Below are positions 16,847 to 32,998 of a stretch of 64,000 bases of DNA, in pieces (within the stretch, counting starts at the first letter, position 1; every line of letters starts with the position of its first letter). The notes below the pieces were generated by a model, which was not told the DNA's origin, ran no database searches, and saw only the letters and a list, made by a program, of their open reading frames with translations. The DNA is from the human T2T-CHM13v2.0 reference genome, Homo sapiens. Location of the stretch: assembly GCF_009914755.1 (NCBI RefSeq), contig NC_060937.1. The stretch is one strand, 5' to 3'. Made by a program: the position numbers and the translations under genes.

Positions 16847-18489
16847 GAGTCGTATAAAATTTATTACACAAAGTCACATTTATTTGGAAATCTGAAGAAC
16901 AAGATGCTTCATATGTTGTCTTTTTAACATTTTTACTAGGAAACAAAAATTATATGTAAACAAACTTGTCAAGAGTTGCTCTAAAACTAACTTCAATAGT
17001 ATGTTGTCATAGAGTCATTACAAATACATTCCATCTTTGACTGTACCTTTTTTGTCAATACTGAATAATGCAAATGAAAATTTATGTCAGGTAGTTTCTA
17101 TATAATATTTTGAAGTACCAACAAAAAAATTTATATGCCATTTTAATCTGGATTATAATTTTATTTCCATTTTTAAAAAATTGATAATTATTCTGTAATA
17201 TTGTTTTATTAACCAAATTTCAATTTAGCCAGAGGTAGAATGTCTTTACTCCCAAACTTGCATTTAAAATATATCCCAAGGCAAAGCCTATAATCCCACA
17301 TGTACATACCACACACAGAAAAGATATAACAAAGGTAACAAATTGGTTTTATTTCTGTTTCCAACCTTATGTTATAAATAGGTTCCACAGTATTTTGTTC
17401 TGTTTATTACTGATACATGAGTAGTATCTGTATTGCCTTGGGCATAGGAATAAATAAATTATTCCAAAAGTAAATATTGCAAAATGTAGTATTTGCTCCA
17501 GCTGATATTTTGGTAATATTTTCTAAAGATAAGAAAAGACAGGGGTTTCATATAACCATATGCTTCAAATTTCATTGGAAAGTTTTGGCTATGTCAATTA
17601 TGAATAACAGTATAGTTTTTTTAACTGAATTTGCTTGTCTTTTATATCAGTAGTGGAGAGGTTTTTGATACGGGTTGTTACAATTAGTTTTTAGTTTAAA
17701 AAAGAAGGTCTGAAGAAAAAAATTGGACCACAGCTATTTAAGAGCAGATACAAGTGAAATTGGAATTACTTGTAGGTTGTGGGGGTGAAACACTTACCAA
17801 TGCAGAGGTGTAGCCACTCGACCTCTCCACGACTGCCCCCATTATCCTGGTGGCAGTTCTGAGGTACTTTTTTTTTTAGAATAGCTTGAAAAATCTTTAG
17901 GTTGATTATAGTTATGTTTTATTTATAATTAAAATAGTAATAGATTTGCATTAATGTGTGAAATATTGAATTGGTGTTATCTGAATCTAATGTTTCCAAT
18001 ACTGTTATTTTATACTTCAGGTAGTTCTTTTCCTTTAAGGACATAAGGAATGCTGTACCCAAATTTAGAGCTTTATAATCTCTAAAATGTTTCACTTTAC
18101 CAGGCACATGTTGAAGTACTGAAAAATACTCATCTCGTCTCTATTACTGTCTGTGTAGATTCCAAACTGGGGGTCTGGAATAGTTTATACAAAGCAAATA
18201 GTATGTCAATATATATTTTTGTATTGGAGTTTTTATCTTTTTCTTGTGAGAGAAAAGTAACTTACCAATTCCATACCATTTTTTTTTCCTTTTGTGTGAT
18301 TAGAAAGTATTTTTAATATCGTTTTGTGTTTTCGACATATACTAGTTAAAAGAATTGTGTCAGGAGCATATTCATCTTTCCTGTTCCATTTGTTTCCTTA
18401 AATCTTAGGTCCTCTCAATCCTAGGGTCAGAAAAATGTTTTAAAATATTTTATGTTAATAATTATGGCTATGTTTCTTTAATGGTTGTC

Positions 18490-18685
18490 TTGTGCCAGGC
18501 ACTGTGCTAAGCTCTTTACGCGTATTGTCTTTTGGTATTGCTAATAGCTTATGGGATAGATGTTACTGCTAGATGAAGAAACATCTTCAGAGAAGCTAAG
18601 TAGCTCTAAGGTTAAACAGTTAGTAGAGGAACAGATATTTGAGTCCACTTTTGTCAGACTCAAAATCTCTTTACTTCTATGTGCT
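18490..18685 (+). mobile_element. MIR
   Basis: tgtgccaggcactgtgctaagctctttac ... agatgaagaaac ... cagctagt-like. Confidence 0.7.
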
Positions 18686-19581
18686 GTAGCTCTAGTAACT
18701 ACAGTTGGTTTAATTATCTAACTGGTTAACTGAATTTCTGCAGGACAGCTTTTGAGGATGAGGATGCATCCATAGTTGTATAGACACGGGCTGTAACTTA
18801 CGTATGACTCTGCAGCATGTAAGCTCTGTCATTTTTCCTTGTGCTTCATCTTTTTCCTCTGTGCCATTTAACTACTTTTCTTTCTGGAACTTTAAACATT
18901 CCTTTACGTTCATTTCTTAATCTTGACCTAACATCTTGGTCTTTTTCTACTTCTGAAAACAAAGGAAAACCAACAAACCAACTAACAAGAAACTTAACAA
19001 AACCTTGGTCCAAGTTTCCGAGCTCTGATGGAATGCAGTCATTCATACTGCATTTATTCTCTTCAGTGCTGGATTTCTTTCAAGAGGCTTATGATTCCCT
19101 ACCCTTTATTACTTAGTAATCTTTTAACTGATTTTTTAACCAAATACTTTATGATACGAAGGAGCCTGTCTGCCAAACATGGCATTTATTAAACAGTGAT
19201 ACATTTGAAAAATACATATGTGGAGCTGCTAATTAGAGAAACAGAGAAGCTTAAAATTTTTCTTAATCTTTTGTACGTTTGTAGAGGGTAAATTTATTCT
19301 TCATATGGCTGTTTGAGATATTGATAAGACCCATCTGATCTCCATTAATATGTTTGTAAAGTCCGCAGTCGGGAACCTTTGGAATGGTTTCCACTCTTTT
19401 CTCTAAATTTCCTTACCATCCATTTACTCCTTAAATGTCTGCAAACTGGTGTTACCAAAATTTTATTGAAATTGCTCTCAGAGTTTTCCAGGGATCTCCA
19501 TAATTGCCAAATCCAGCAGTTTTATTGAGCACTTAATATTGCTGGCTACTTTTTTATTGTGAAACTCTCTCTGTCTCTCTC

Positions 19582-20242
<661 letters not shown>

Positions 20243-21377
20243 TGTCTTTGTACTTTTAACTCTTTGTTTCGTCCCTGGCTCCATGTGAGCTCCTGTTCTT
20301 GGTTCACTTGTTCTTTGCTTTTTCTTGTATGTCATTGATTCTGAAATGTTACTTTTAGAATTGTCTTCTGAGTTCAAGGCTCAGATTTTCTGTGCCTCTG
20401 ATACCTTTGCATGTGGGTAAATATGCCACTCTCCCTACAAATCTGGAAAGTCTAGAAATACGGTTTAATTTTTGGTTTTCCAGATTTACTGCTTCGCATA
20501 TATTCTCCTATACTCCTTCTTCAGTTTATGGCATTATCTTCCCTATCTCTGAGACTAAATATTCCTTCCTTGCCTTCTCTTTCATTCTACCTCTTATTTT
20601 TTTTTTCCCCCCTGGATTACTTTTTTAATCTAACACTTATTATAAGAAGGAAACTACTGTGCTTTGACAGATCATTAATTAAAATAGAATATATTGGACA
20701 GTGTACATTATAACAATAATCACATATTATCCCCATTTGACAACAGAATTGGGCCTTAGGAAAGCTTAATGCTGGTTAGTGGTAGAGCTGCAATTCTAGC
20801 CAAGATCTGTTCTAAATCTTGAGATTTTCCTGCTATATTATCTGTCTCTAATTCTTACTTTTTTAAAGTCTACAGTATCTTACCCCTCTTCCCTTTTTTA
20901 TAAATAGTGAGATTGTTTATTCCTTACGCATATACAGCTTCTGAATAATTTTTGTCAATTTTTTTTAGGATTTATTCTACCTATCTGAGTTTATCTCTTC
21001 ATATCCATCCATATATACTACATCCTAACCATATGAGGTCTTTTATGTTACATAAAATATAAAATACATTGTCAGTTCTCTGAACCATTGTTAACTGAGC
21101 CTGAAAAATCTTCCTTCTTTTTCCTTTAAGAGATGGCTCAAATACTACTTTCTCTGGGATTACTTGTATACACAGCAGGCAGGATAGAATATATATATGT
21201 ATACACACACACACACACACACAATTTGTTTAACTTACTTTACTATTCCTAGTGTATTTGGTGTTTTACAGTTACTTCATTCTGTTTTGTATTAAATTTG
21301 TTTGCCTGTTTGTCTTTTTCTACTGGATTGTAAATACTTGAGGTTAAGCATGTGTTTATTTCTGTATCCTGAAGGTA

Positions 21378-22653
<1,276 letters not shown>

Positions 22654-24098
22654 GCTTCTCTGTTTTATATTTTTTTCATCATCTCAGCCCAGACACCAAG
22701 CAGGTGGTGAATGGAAGATCACCTGAGACACCACATCAAAAACACTTCATTTCACCTAAGTGCAAATTCACTTTGATCTTTCCTTTAGTCTTTGCCCAGG
22801 ATGTTTACCTATCACTGGATGGTTACCTGTCACTTTGCCTGACCAATCTGTATGTGAATTCAACATTTTCTATTTGTTCTATGACTACATAGTTCAAATT
22901 GCCATTGCTTGGGCTTGAAATATTTTATCACCTGTCCTACAGAGTTGTTGTGAGGATTCAAATTTCCAAGCACATAATAGATATTAAATAAATGTCCATT
23001 GTCCAGTTTTACCTTATCACCTTATCTCCTAAAGTTGATGTTTGTTTATATTTATTTAGAGTACAGCCTGCAGTTATATTCATATGTGCTTAAATCATGA
23101 TATGTGTATAATGGGGCAGTGACACTTGGTCTCTTTTAAGGGCTCACATTTAAATGCTAACTCACTTGAATATTTTGAAAAATAAATGCTTTTTTTGAAA
23201 GGACAACTTAATGTGTTTTTTCCTGTGATTTTACATTTCATTTTGAATGAAAGGTTCTGGGAAATGTATGATTTTGTAAATTTCTCATAATATTGCAGGT
23301 TAAGATTTACCTAAAAGTAGTGATACATTAAATAAAATCACGCTAATTTTGTCTCAGACTTTTGAAAATTGTGTGGTTGTGAATCATAAGTTATAATATT
23401 ACTATTGTTTTAGTGAAGTGATACAATTAAATAAGAACTGTTGGACTGTGCATGTGTTAGGGGATCCATTTGATTTCATTGTCTCCTTGTCAGCATCTCT
23501 TTTGATGCTACTTTTTTCCCCTTGTCTGATTAAATGGCATTTTTTGTAAGAGGTATTTAATTATAAGAATGCTTACATTAAAATCTCTTGGCCTATAAAT
23601 TCTCATGTGAGTTCTAGTTGCTTGTTACTGCTTCCTTTAAGATCTCGGGGGCGGTGGGTGGTTGGAAACTCACTAGATTTACTTCCGTCTTTACTCACTG
23701 GGTTTTGGTATTACTTCAGGTGATTTGTAATCTCTAGGCCACAGGAAATGGGATAATGTAGGCTTTTGATGCAATGGATTGGACTTTGTAAAGGTGAAGC
23801 TTCAAGCTATCTACTTAGGGTGCCTGGGGACTTTGAAGAGTTATAGAACTATGATGCAGCTGCAGTGGCCTTTCTGTAAATGTACTACTTTCTGTTCACA
23901 CATCTCACCCTGGACCTCCTCTTCTCTCTAGCTGATACTCGAAATCTTTAATGTTCTCAGACCTACTCAACCCTTACTCTATCACTTTAGAGTAATGACC
24001 TTGTGTTCTTCATGGAAGGGAGAAAAAAGGTCATTAAGAATTCATTGTGGTTCTGTCTACTGTGACAAAGTTTAAAAATTTTAGAAAGAATAAAGTGT

Positions 24099-24430
24099 GG
24101 GCTGGGTGTGATAACTCATTCTTGTAATCCCAGCACTTTGGGAGGCTGAGGCGGGAGGATTCACTTGAGCCCAGGAGTTCGAGACCAGCCTGGGCAACAT
24201 AGTGAGACCCCTGTCTCTACAAAAGAAAAAATAATAATTAGCTGGGTGTGGTGACATGTGCTTGTAGTCTCAGCTATTCAGGAGGCAGAGGCAAGAGAAT
24301 CCCATGAGTTCGAGGCTGCAGTGAGCTGTGATTGCACTGTTGCACTCCAGTCTGCGTGACAGAGCAAGACCCTCTTAAAAAACGAAAACAAAAAAACTGT
24401 TTCTTAAAAAAAAAAAAAAAAGAAAAGAAA
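24099..24430 (+). mobile_element. AluJ
   Basis: Dimer with extended A tail. Confidence 0.88.
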
Positions 24431-24844
24431 TGCCTCATGTATCAGCTTTCTACCTATCTATATTTTCATTAATATTCTTATTTTTCCTCCTGTCTCAGAC
24501 AAATAGGTGTTTGTTATATACTGAAGGCCATCTTGATTTTTTTCCAGCAACTTATTCCTTCATGTGTCTCTTCAATATTACTCTTATTTCTCTATGTTGG
24601 TTACATCCTCTTAACTTATAAGCATTCCATGTTTAAATCTTTTCTGATACTTTATGAACCCCACAACAAAGCATGCTACATGAGGAAAAGGTTCTTTGGT
24701 CAGTACATTTGGAAAACTCTGCGATACAATTTGGGAAATGGTTCCTACTTATTATGGTGACTACTTTTTCACCTTTTGTTCATCCCTTAATTCCCAATAT
24801 TTTCCCTTTCCTTTTCACCATTCTATTGAAACTGTTTTTGATAA

Positions 24845-25166
<322 letters not shown>

Positions 25167-27022
25167 CTAACTGACAAAATCAACGGCATTCCTCTTACTT
25201 GCCCTCTGCTACAATTGACAGTTGACCATTCTTCTTTTTTTGAAACTTTTATTTTCTTAGCTCTTAGATTGTTATTAGTGGGTTTTTTTTTTTTGTAAGA
25301 CTTCTTGGCCTTTGTACTGCCCTCAAGAACTCTGCCAAGCTCTGTCATTGACTGTTTTTTCTTTCACTCTTTCTTCATAGTGCTCTTCTGTAATCTCACA
25401 TGTCTTCAATACTTCAGCTCCTTCCTAGTCACATTTGACTCCTGGATACTTTTTTCCCCTCCTAGTCCTCTGCACTCATTCTATTATATTTCTGGTTTCT
25501 TCTGAACATCTTCATCTCCATGACATAGGACTTAAAACTCAACCTGTCTAAAATGAACACCAAGTTAGGGATCCTCCCCCTCTCACAGAGGCAGGGCGGG
25601 TTCCTGTAAAAAATAAAAATAAATGAATAAAAAATAAAATGAACGCTGTATATTTTTCTTCAAACCTGTTTTTCATTTACACACATCTGTAGACACTTAT
25701 TCACAACTATATGCCACCATATATCTTGGTTATTGATATCATTTGGTGTCTAACTTGTGAGCTCTTTTTGACCCCTCACTTCCTTACCTGCCATATCCTT
25801 CAGCAACTAAGATCTGTTGCTGGTTTGAAATTATTTTTACTCTGTTAGTTATAATGTAGATCCACCTTTAATTCTTGCTTGGATTATTATATTGTGGTGT
25901 CTTAGCTGGTTTCCTGCTTCTAGTCTTCTTTTTCAAACAACTACCTGATTGTCTGATCTTGCCTCTCATCTTTGTCATTGGGGGAAAAAAGGTCAAAATC
26001 CCTTATGAAGGCATCCAAGCTGCTCCTTGCTCTTGTTCCTATTGAACTATTTGTGGTACCATGTAGCTACCATGAAGAGTTCCATGTTCTTGCTTCTCCT
26101 TTGGCTATTCTTTTTGAACATTCACCTTGGTTGATGTACCCTTCCTTCTGTCTTGATTTAGCAAACTTGTCTTTTAAGATTGAATTCATACATACGGTCT
26201 TATGGCCTAATTAAACAGCATTAGATGTTTGCTCACATTGTCCTAGCACTTACCAGATTCTAATTATTCATTTATAGAACTTATCACATAAACTAATATC
26301 AATATACTGATCATGGCACATTGTAGATAATATATGTCTTTTGATACATGGATGTTCTGAGTTCTTGAGAGTGTGGAATTGGGTTCAGGATACATTGTAT
26401 ACCTGTGAAATGTCAGCCTGTGAACTTGTAGAACACAGTGTCTATGTTTTATGTCTTTCTTCCTCACAGCGCCTAGTACACTGCCTTGCACAGTGTCTTT
26501 TATATATTAGGTATTCAAATAATTAAATGGATGGACCTGGATTATTGATTAGCTGGATGAATATTTGACCTAATGTGTTCCTGAAATTTAATGCTTTACA
26601 TATTTTTGTAAATTTTCCCTTGGTACAGTTTCATTAAATAAAATATCAACGTGGAAAATATTTGAAAATCTTAATATATGTTAAAATTTATGATTAATAT
26701 GGTAGGATTCTTTGTTAGAAAGAATACATCTAAGTATTATAAATTACTGTGGAATATGACAAATAGGTTTTACTGTTATATGGCTATGGATAGAAGATAT
26801 GCATAAGTAGCAATAATCGTAGCTGTGTAAAGTAGTTCTTGCCTCTTTGGAATGTTGTGATAGTCTCACTTTCCTGTACTACTTATTCACTGACCTAAGT
26901 AAACATTTTTCCTCCTTTTAGGGACAGTGATAGAATAAACTAGGTGGTATGCCCTGTGATTATGAATTATTACTGTTATTGGAGCACTTTTACATGTAAA
27001 TAACTTCAGATTCTTTTAAGTA

Positions 27023-27250
27023 CAGGTTCAGTATACCTTATCCAAGATACTTGAGACTATAAGTGTTTCAGATTTTTTTTTTGGGGGGTATGTTTGAATC
27101 CATTTAGTGGTTGAGCATCTTAAACCTGAGAAGACCTGGCCCGAAATACTGCATTGAACATTGACTTTGAGCATCATGTTTGAGCTCAAAAAGTTTCAGA
27201 TTTTGGAGCATTTCAGATTTCAGATTTTCTGATTAGGGATACCTAGTTTG
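27023..27250. mobile_element. Tigger4/MER46 (Zombi)-type DNA transposon relic, TA-flanked
   Basis: caggttcagtataccttatccaag ... gattttggagcatttcagattt ... gattagggatac. Confidence 0.8.
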
Positions 27251-27479
27251 TAGCAGATGCACACATCCGGTTTTATTTTTAAGTGTCTTCTATTCTTTGG
27301 ATACAGATTATCTTTTTATATGCATTGATTTTTTTGGTCTGAATTTAAATGTACAATCCATGTGAATTCTTACGATAATTCCATTCAGCGATGATATGCA
27401 AATGAAAAAGGGAATGGTGTAAGTGGTTTTATGATTTAGAAATCTTGAACTTTCTTAGAAGTTTTTTGTAAAAATTATA

Positions 27480-27762
27480 CAGTGGTCCTTCTGTATTCTG
27501 TGGGATTGGTTCTAGCAACAACCTCCTCACCACCCGCAGATACCAAAATACTGGGGTGCTTAAGGCATAATATTTGCATATAACCTATGTGCATCCTCCA
27601 GAATAGCTATTACAATGTAAATGTTTTGTAAATAGTTGCTATACTGTATTGTTTTTGTTTGTATTTTTAAAATTGTTGTTGGTTTTTTTTACCCCAAATA
27701 TTTTTTATCTGTGGTTGGTGGAATCTGCAGATTCAGAACCCATGAATACGGAGTGCTGACTG
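27480..27762. mobile_element. MER2 (Tigger-family) relic, TA-flanked
   Basis: cagtggtccttctgtatt ... gggattggttc ... atatttgcatataaccta ... gaacccatgaatacggagtgctgactg. Confidence 0.78.
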
Positions 27763-28289
27763 TATATACTATTGAAAAAAATCAGATACTATAGAAGAGT
27801 ACGAAGAAGAAGGCAAAAATGTCCCTAGCCAGGTTACCACCCACAGATAACTTGTCTGATATATTTTAGTGACCATCTTTAGCATGTTTTTACACACCTG
27901 CGTGCATACGCATTCCCCCATTCCCTCTCAGGCATAAGGAAACTATTTTACATAAATAGCAATTTAGTTTCATTGCTGTTCTCTAGCTTATCTTTTATTT
28001 TTACTGAATCAGTAGTATAGGTGTCTCTTTTCATGTTTAATAAAAATATATCAACTCATAATTTTTAATAGTTATACATTATGATATGTTCCACAGTCCA
28101 CATGACCAAATCCCTACTGGTAGATATTTTACTTATTTCTTTTTTTAAAATACTATAATAAAAAAGTGCTGTGCTAACCTTATCTACTTGTGTCATTTTT
28201 CTTCTTAGCTTTAATTCCTAGATGTGAGTTTGCTAGATCAAGGGCATGCTTATTCTTTGCTTATTCTTCTCCCGTCTCCTCCCGTTTTT

Positions 28290-28625
28290 CTCCTTCCTGC
28301 CTGCCTGCCTGCCTGCCTTTCTTTTTCTTTTCCCCTTCTCCTTCCCTTTTTCCTTTCTCCTTTTACCACTCTGGAGTGCGGTGGCATGATCACAGCTCAC
28401 TGTAGCCTTGATCTTCTGGGCTCAAGTCATCCTCCTATTTCAGCCTCCAGAGTAGCTGGGACTACAGGTGTGTGCTATCATGCATGGCTAATTGTTTTTA
28501 ATTTTTAGTAGAGATGGGGGTCTTGCTTTGTTGCCCAGGCTGGTCTTGAACTCCTGAGCTCAAGTGATCCTCCACCCTTGGCCTCCTAAAGTAGTAGAAT
28601 GACAAGTGTGAGCCACTGCACGGCC
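28290..28625 (-). mobile_element. AluJ with (CCTG)n/CT-rich tail, inside an antisense L1M fragment
   Basis: Alu consensus and cctgcctgcctgcc. Confidence 0.82.
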
Positions 28626-29456
28626 TTATTTTTCGTTTTGATAATATTATCAAACTGTTCTCATAAAAGGTACACCAGGAGATTGTTAGAGATGTTTATA
28701 GTATTATCCATTTCTGGCAAACTTTGTAAAGGATGAGCTAACAACTGTCTTTGGAAATTTACATGTCTATAATGTCAAGCTGTTATGTACAGAGAATTGC
28801 TTTATGCTGAGATCATAAAAATTTTTGTTTTCCTCCATTCTAATGTAAAGCTTGTTACTAATTGATCTTCATTTGCCGGGTTCCAACATACACATGCTAC
28901 TTTCCTCTTAAGATTGTCAAGTTATAAATAGGAGAACTTTTATTTAGAAGAATGCTAATATGAATCTTTTGGAAATACTAGTAATTAGCTTTCTTCTGCT
29001 GTCTCCACCAATTTTATCTGATTTAGAAAATTATATTTCCTTTATTGAGATGCTTAAATCGGAGGGCTTAGTTTGCTTCAGAAAGTTTATAAACTATATT
29101 ATTAGACTAATTTTACAATAGTCATTGTATTTAGGTGTCACTTTTAACTTTTTTTTTTAATTAAACTTTGCAGGTTTTAAATAGGTCAGTTTCTGACTAA
29201 CCCAGAAGTTGAGTATATTTTGATAATACATTTTAAATTGGCCATATTTGTATGTGCTTGAAATAAGTGGAAATAACAATTCATTAAATAACAACAACAA
29301 AAAAAACCTTATGTGAACCTGGGGATTCTTGTTACCATCTGACTACTCCTTTCCATCTCCCTCTGTTCCTCTTTATCCTGTGTTGCTTGTTAACACTGGA
29401 GACTAGTAAAATTAGGTCTGAATTGGGCTGCTCTTTAGGTCCATGGATCTCATCTT

Positions 29457-29745
29457 TATTTTTTTTGAGACAGGGTCTTGCTCTGTCATCCAGGCTGGAG
29501 GGTACTGGTGTAGAGATGGCTCACTGCAGCCTTCACCTCCTGGGCTCAAGCAGTTCTCCTGAATAGCTGGGACCACAGGTGCGTACCACCACACCTGGCT
29601 AATTTAAAAAAATTTTTTTTTTTTTGTAGAGAGAGTGTCTCTTCTTGTTGCCCAGGCTGATCTCAGACTCTTGGCCTTGAGCAGTCCTCCCACCTTGGCC
29701 TACCAAAGTTGTAGGATTACAGGTGTGAGCGGCCATGCCTGGCTG
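29457..29745 (-). mobile_element. AluJ with TSD tctcatcttt
   Basis: Antisense dimer. Confidence 0.85.
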
Positions 29746-31609
29746 GGTCTCATCTTTTTATGTCTTTTTAGATCACTTTAACAAGGCAAAAAAAATTCCT
29801 CCACCCTGTCTTTCTTTCTCATTATTAGTACCCTCTCTTCTGCTTTTCCAGATAATTCACTGCTCATTGCTGTTGCCTAGTCACTCCCAGTGGCATGGAT
29901 AGAAATAATTGTATTGGAGAAATATTTATGTAAAATAGACTGTGACTTGGTGCTTCAAAGATGTGGGCATTATCAAAAGGACAGTTAGTTGAACTGTGCG
30001 TGTGACATGATTTATCTTTTTAGGAAAGAGATTGTAAGGAAAGCACAACAAAACTTGAAAAACCGACTTTATAAGAAAGTAGATTGAATTGCTCACAAGT
30101 TATTTGAAATGGTATTTGTAGATCGCCTCTCTCCTAGTGGGTGTTTAATCTAACCAAAAAGAGTTGGCTAAACTTTATATATTGATAAAGTCAAAAAATT
30201 CCTTAATATTTTCAAAACATTACCACTAAATTTGTCTTCTGGCCAAGGTGAAAGAACAGAGATTAGACTTACCTCTCTTCAGAAACAGCTAAAAAACTGA
30301 ACAAAAACATATGTAACAGCAGTTTTCAAGACATGAGATATCAGACAGTGAAGGACAGTGATTCCTGAGAGATGGAAAACAAATGAGGTGAACCTTGTGA
30401 TTAACCCAGCTTACTACCTTGGGAGAGTTTCCCAACCTTGTATAGAAAGGGGGACATCAGGTGGAGCCTGCTGATCTGTCTGAATTGAGGAGACCAAACT
30501 GGAAGTCCACAGTGGCTAAGGTGGCAATACTATACAAGAAAACATACTGAAGAAGAGAGAGCTCACATACAGAGAGAACTCTGGCAATTTACCAAGGGAT
30601 CCCTCTTGAATCTTTAGCTGATGTGAATTCAGGATGTGAATGAAGAGGCTACCAGAGCTGGAAAAAGCAGTTGCCAAGAAGATCACAGTCAACAATTCTC
30701 AGATCTATACATGGCCAGGAGTAGTTCCTGTTCTCACTGGCCAACGTGGAAAACTTCGTAACTCGTGAAGCACCAAGTAAGGCTAATTGGAAGCCATTTC
30801 CCTCAGTAGTGGGGCCAAATTAGCCTTAGAATAAATTCTTCCCTGGTTCCTCCTGACAAAACTTAAAAGCAAGACCTGGTAGAATGAAACTAATTTGTAA
30901 GCAGTTTAGCTACAACAGAGAGCAAAGGTCAAGAAGATTTATAGGAATATGAAAATATCCAGCACCCAGCAGATAAAAGTCACATTATTTACCATGTAAT
31001 TAAAAGTACCAGACAGGCAAAGGAGGAGGAAAGTAAGACCCATAAAGAAAAGAAAATGTAATCATTCAAAACTGATCCAGAAATAGTTACGTGAAAACAT
31101 CAACAATAATTATTATAACTGTATTTCATATGTTGAGGAAGCTTAGAGGAAAGATTAAACATGTTAGTACAGGAGTGAAACATATATACATAGATAAGAA
31201 ATCCAAATCAGACTTTGAAAGTTGAAAGCTATAGTGTCTGAAATGAATAATATGTTTGATGGGATTAATGGCAATAGACATTGAAGAACAGTTTAGTGAA
31301 CTTGAAGGCATAGCAATAGAAACTGCCCCAGAAAACCACACGCAGAGAAAATGTGAGCCATGGGATAACATCAGGTGACCTAATATCCTTATAATTGGAG
31401 TTCCTGATGGGGCTGATGGGATGTGCAGAAAAAGTATTTTAAGAAATAATGGGCAACATTTTCCAAACTTGATGAAGCTGTAAACCCACAGACTCAAGGT
31501 GTCCAGTGAACCACAGGCAAAATAAACATGAAGAAAATTACATCAAGGCACATCAAAGAAGCAGCCATACCAAAAAACAAAACAAAACCATTTTTGAGGA
31601 ATAACAATA

Positions 31610-31911
31610 CCATTGGCTTTCCGTATCCATGGGTTCTGCATTCTTGGATTCAACCAATCATGGACCGGGGGAAGAAAAAAAACCCAAACACCAAAAAAAT
31701 CATACTACAATAAAAATAATACAAATAAAGAATGCCATATAACATTTATATTTCATTAGGTATAAGTAATCTAGAGATGATTTAAGGTATACAGGAGTAT
31801 GCACCTATATGCATAGACTACATACAACTACTAGGCATTTAATATGAGGGACTTAATTACCTGTGGATTTTGGTATCTGCAGAGGAGCTGGAGGATACTG
31901 AAAAACCACCG
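31610..31911. mobile_element. MER2-family Tigger relic inserted in the L1M, opposite orientation to the copy at 27480
   Basis: ccgtatccatgggttctgcattcttggattcaaccaa ... tataagtaatctagagatgattta ... ggattttggtatctg. Confidence 0.75.
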
Positions 31912-32998
31912 TAGTGATAGCTGATTTCTCACTGGAAATAATACAAATTGTAGACAGTATAACAGTATCTTTAAAATACAGGAAGGAAAAAAAAGTGTCA
32001 CCCTAGAATTCCATACTTGGAAAAAATATCCTGCAAAAATGCAGTCAAATTGAGTGCATTTATGCACTCAGAAACTGGTAAAATTCAAACGAGGTGGGCA
32101 GTTTAGCTAAAATTATTGCACCAGTGTTTACTGTTTTGAAACGTACTATGGTTATGTAAGATGTTACCTGCCATCAAAGAAGGTAAAAGGTACCATTTCT
32201 TGTGAGTCTCACATTATGTCAAAAGAAATGTTTTTGAAAAAACAGCAAAAAAAAAAAAAAAAAAGGTTGGGGGATACTTCAGACTATTTGGTGAACTCTC
32301 ACAACTTCGTAATAGAAAATTTAAAAATGCATTAAAAGTAGTCAAAAAATGTGGACACTTCAAAGAAGATATAAAATGGCAAATAAGTTATTTGGGAAAT
32401 GCTAATTAAAACCACAATGAGATACCACTACACACCTATTAGAATGTCTAAAATGAAAAAGACCAACCAAAGTATGTATTCCTGAGTACATAGAGCAACT
32501 TGATCTCTTATACAGTGCTGGTGGATGTAGTAAAATAGTACAGCTAGGCTGGAGTATCGCTTGAGTGGCTGTAGTGAGCAATGATCTCTCCAGTGCACTC
32601 CAGCCTGGGTGACAAAGCAATACCCTGTCTCCAAAAGAAAAAAAAATAAAAAATCACAACTACTTTGGAAAACAGTTTACTAACTTAAAAAGGTTATATA
32701 TACGTACGTATTATATGCCCAAATCATTCACTGCTACGTTTTTAACCAAGAATAATGAAATGTGTATTTGTTTACAAATGAAACGTGTATTTGTGTACAA
32801 AGACTTGTGTACAAATCTTCACAGCAGCTTTATTTGTAATAGCCAAAACTTGGAAACAATCTAAATATCTAATGGATGAAAGGATAAACAAATTATAGTA
32901 TATTGATAATGTCGAATACTAATAAGCAATACAAATGAAGTATTGATAGGTGCAGTGAAGTGGATCAATCTTCATGCTGAGTGAAAGAACCCAATCAA

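Noticed and set aside
17790-17830. acttacc as a U1 snRNA 5' end
   Set aside because: The downstream sequence does not follow U1.
31126-31497. 123-aa minus-strand ORF
   Set aside because: Antisense to decayed L1 ORF1 sequence.
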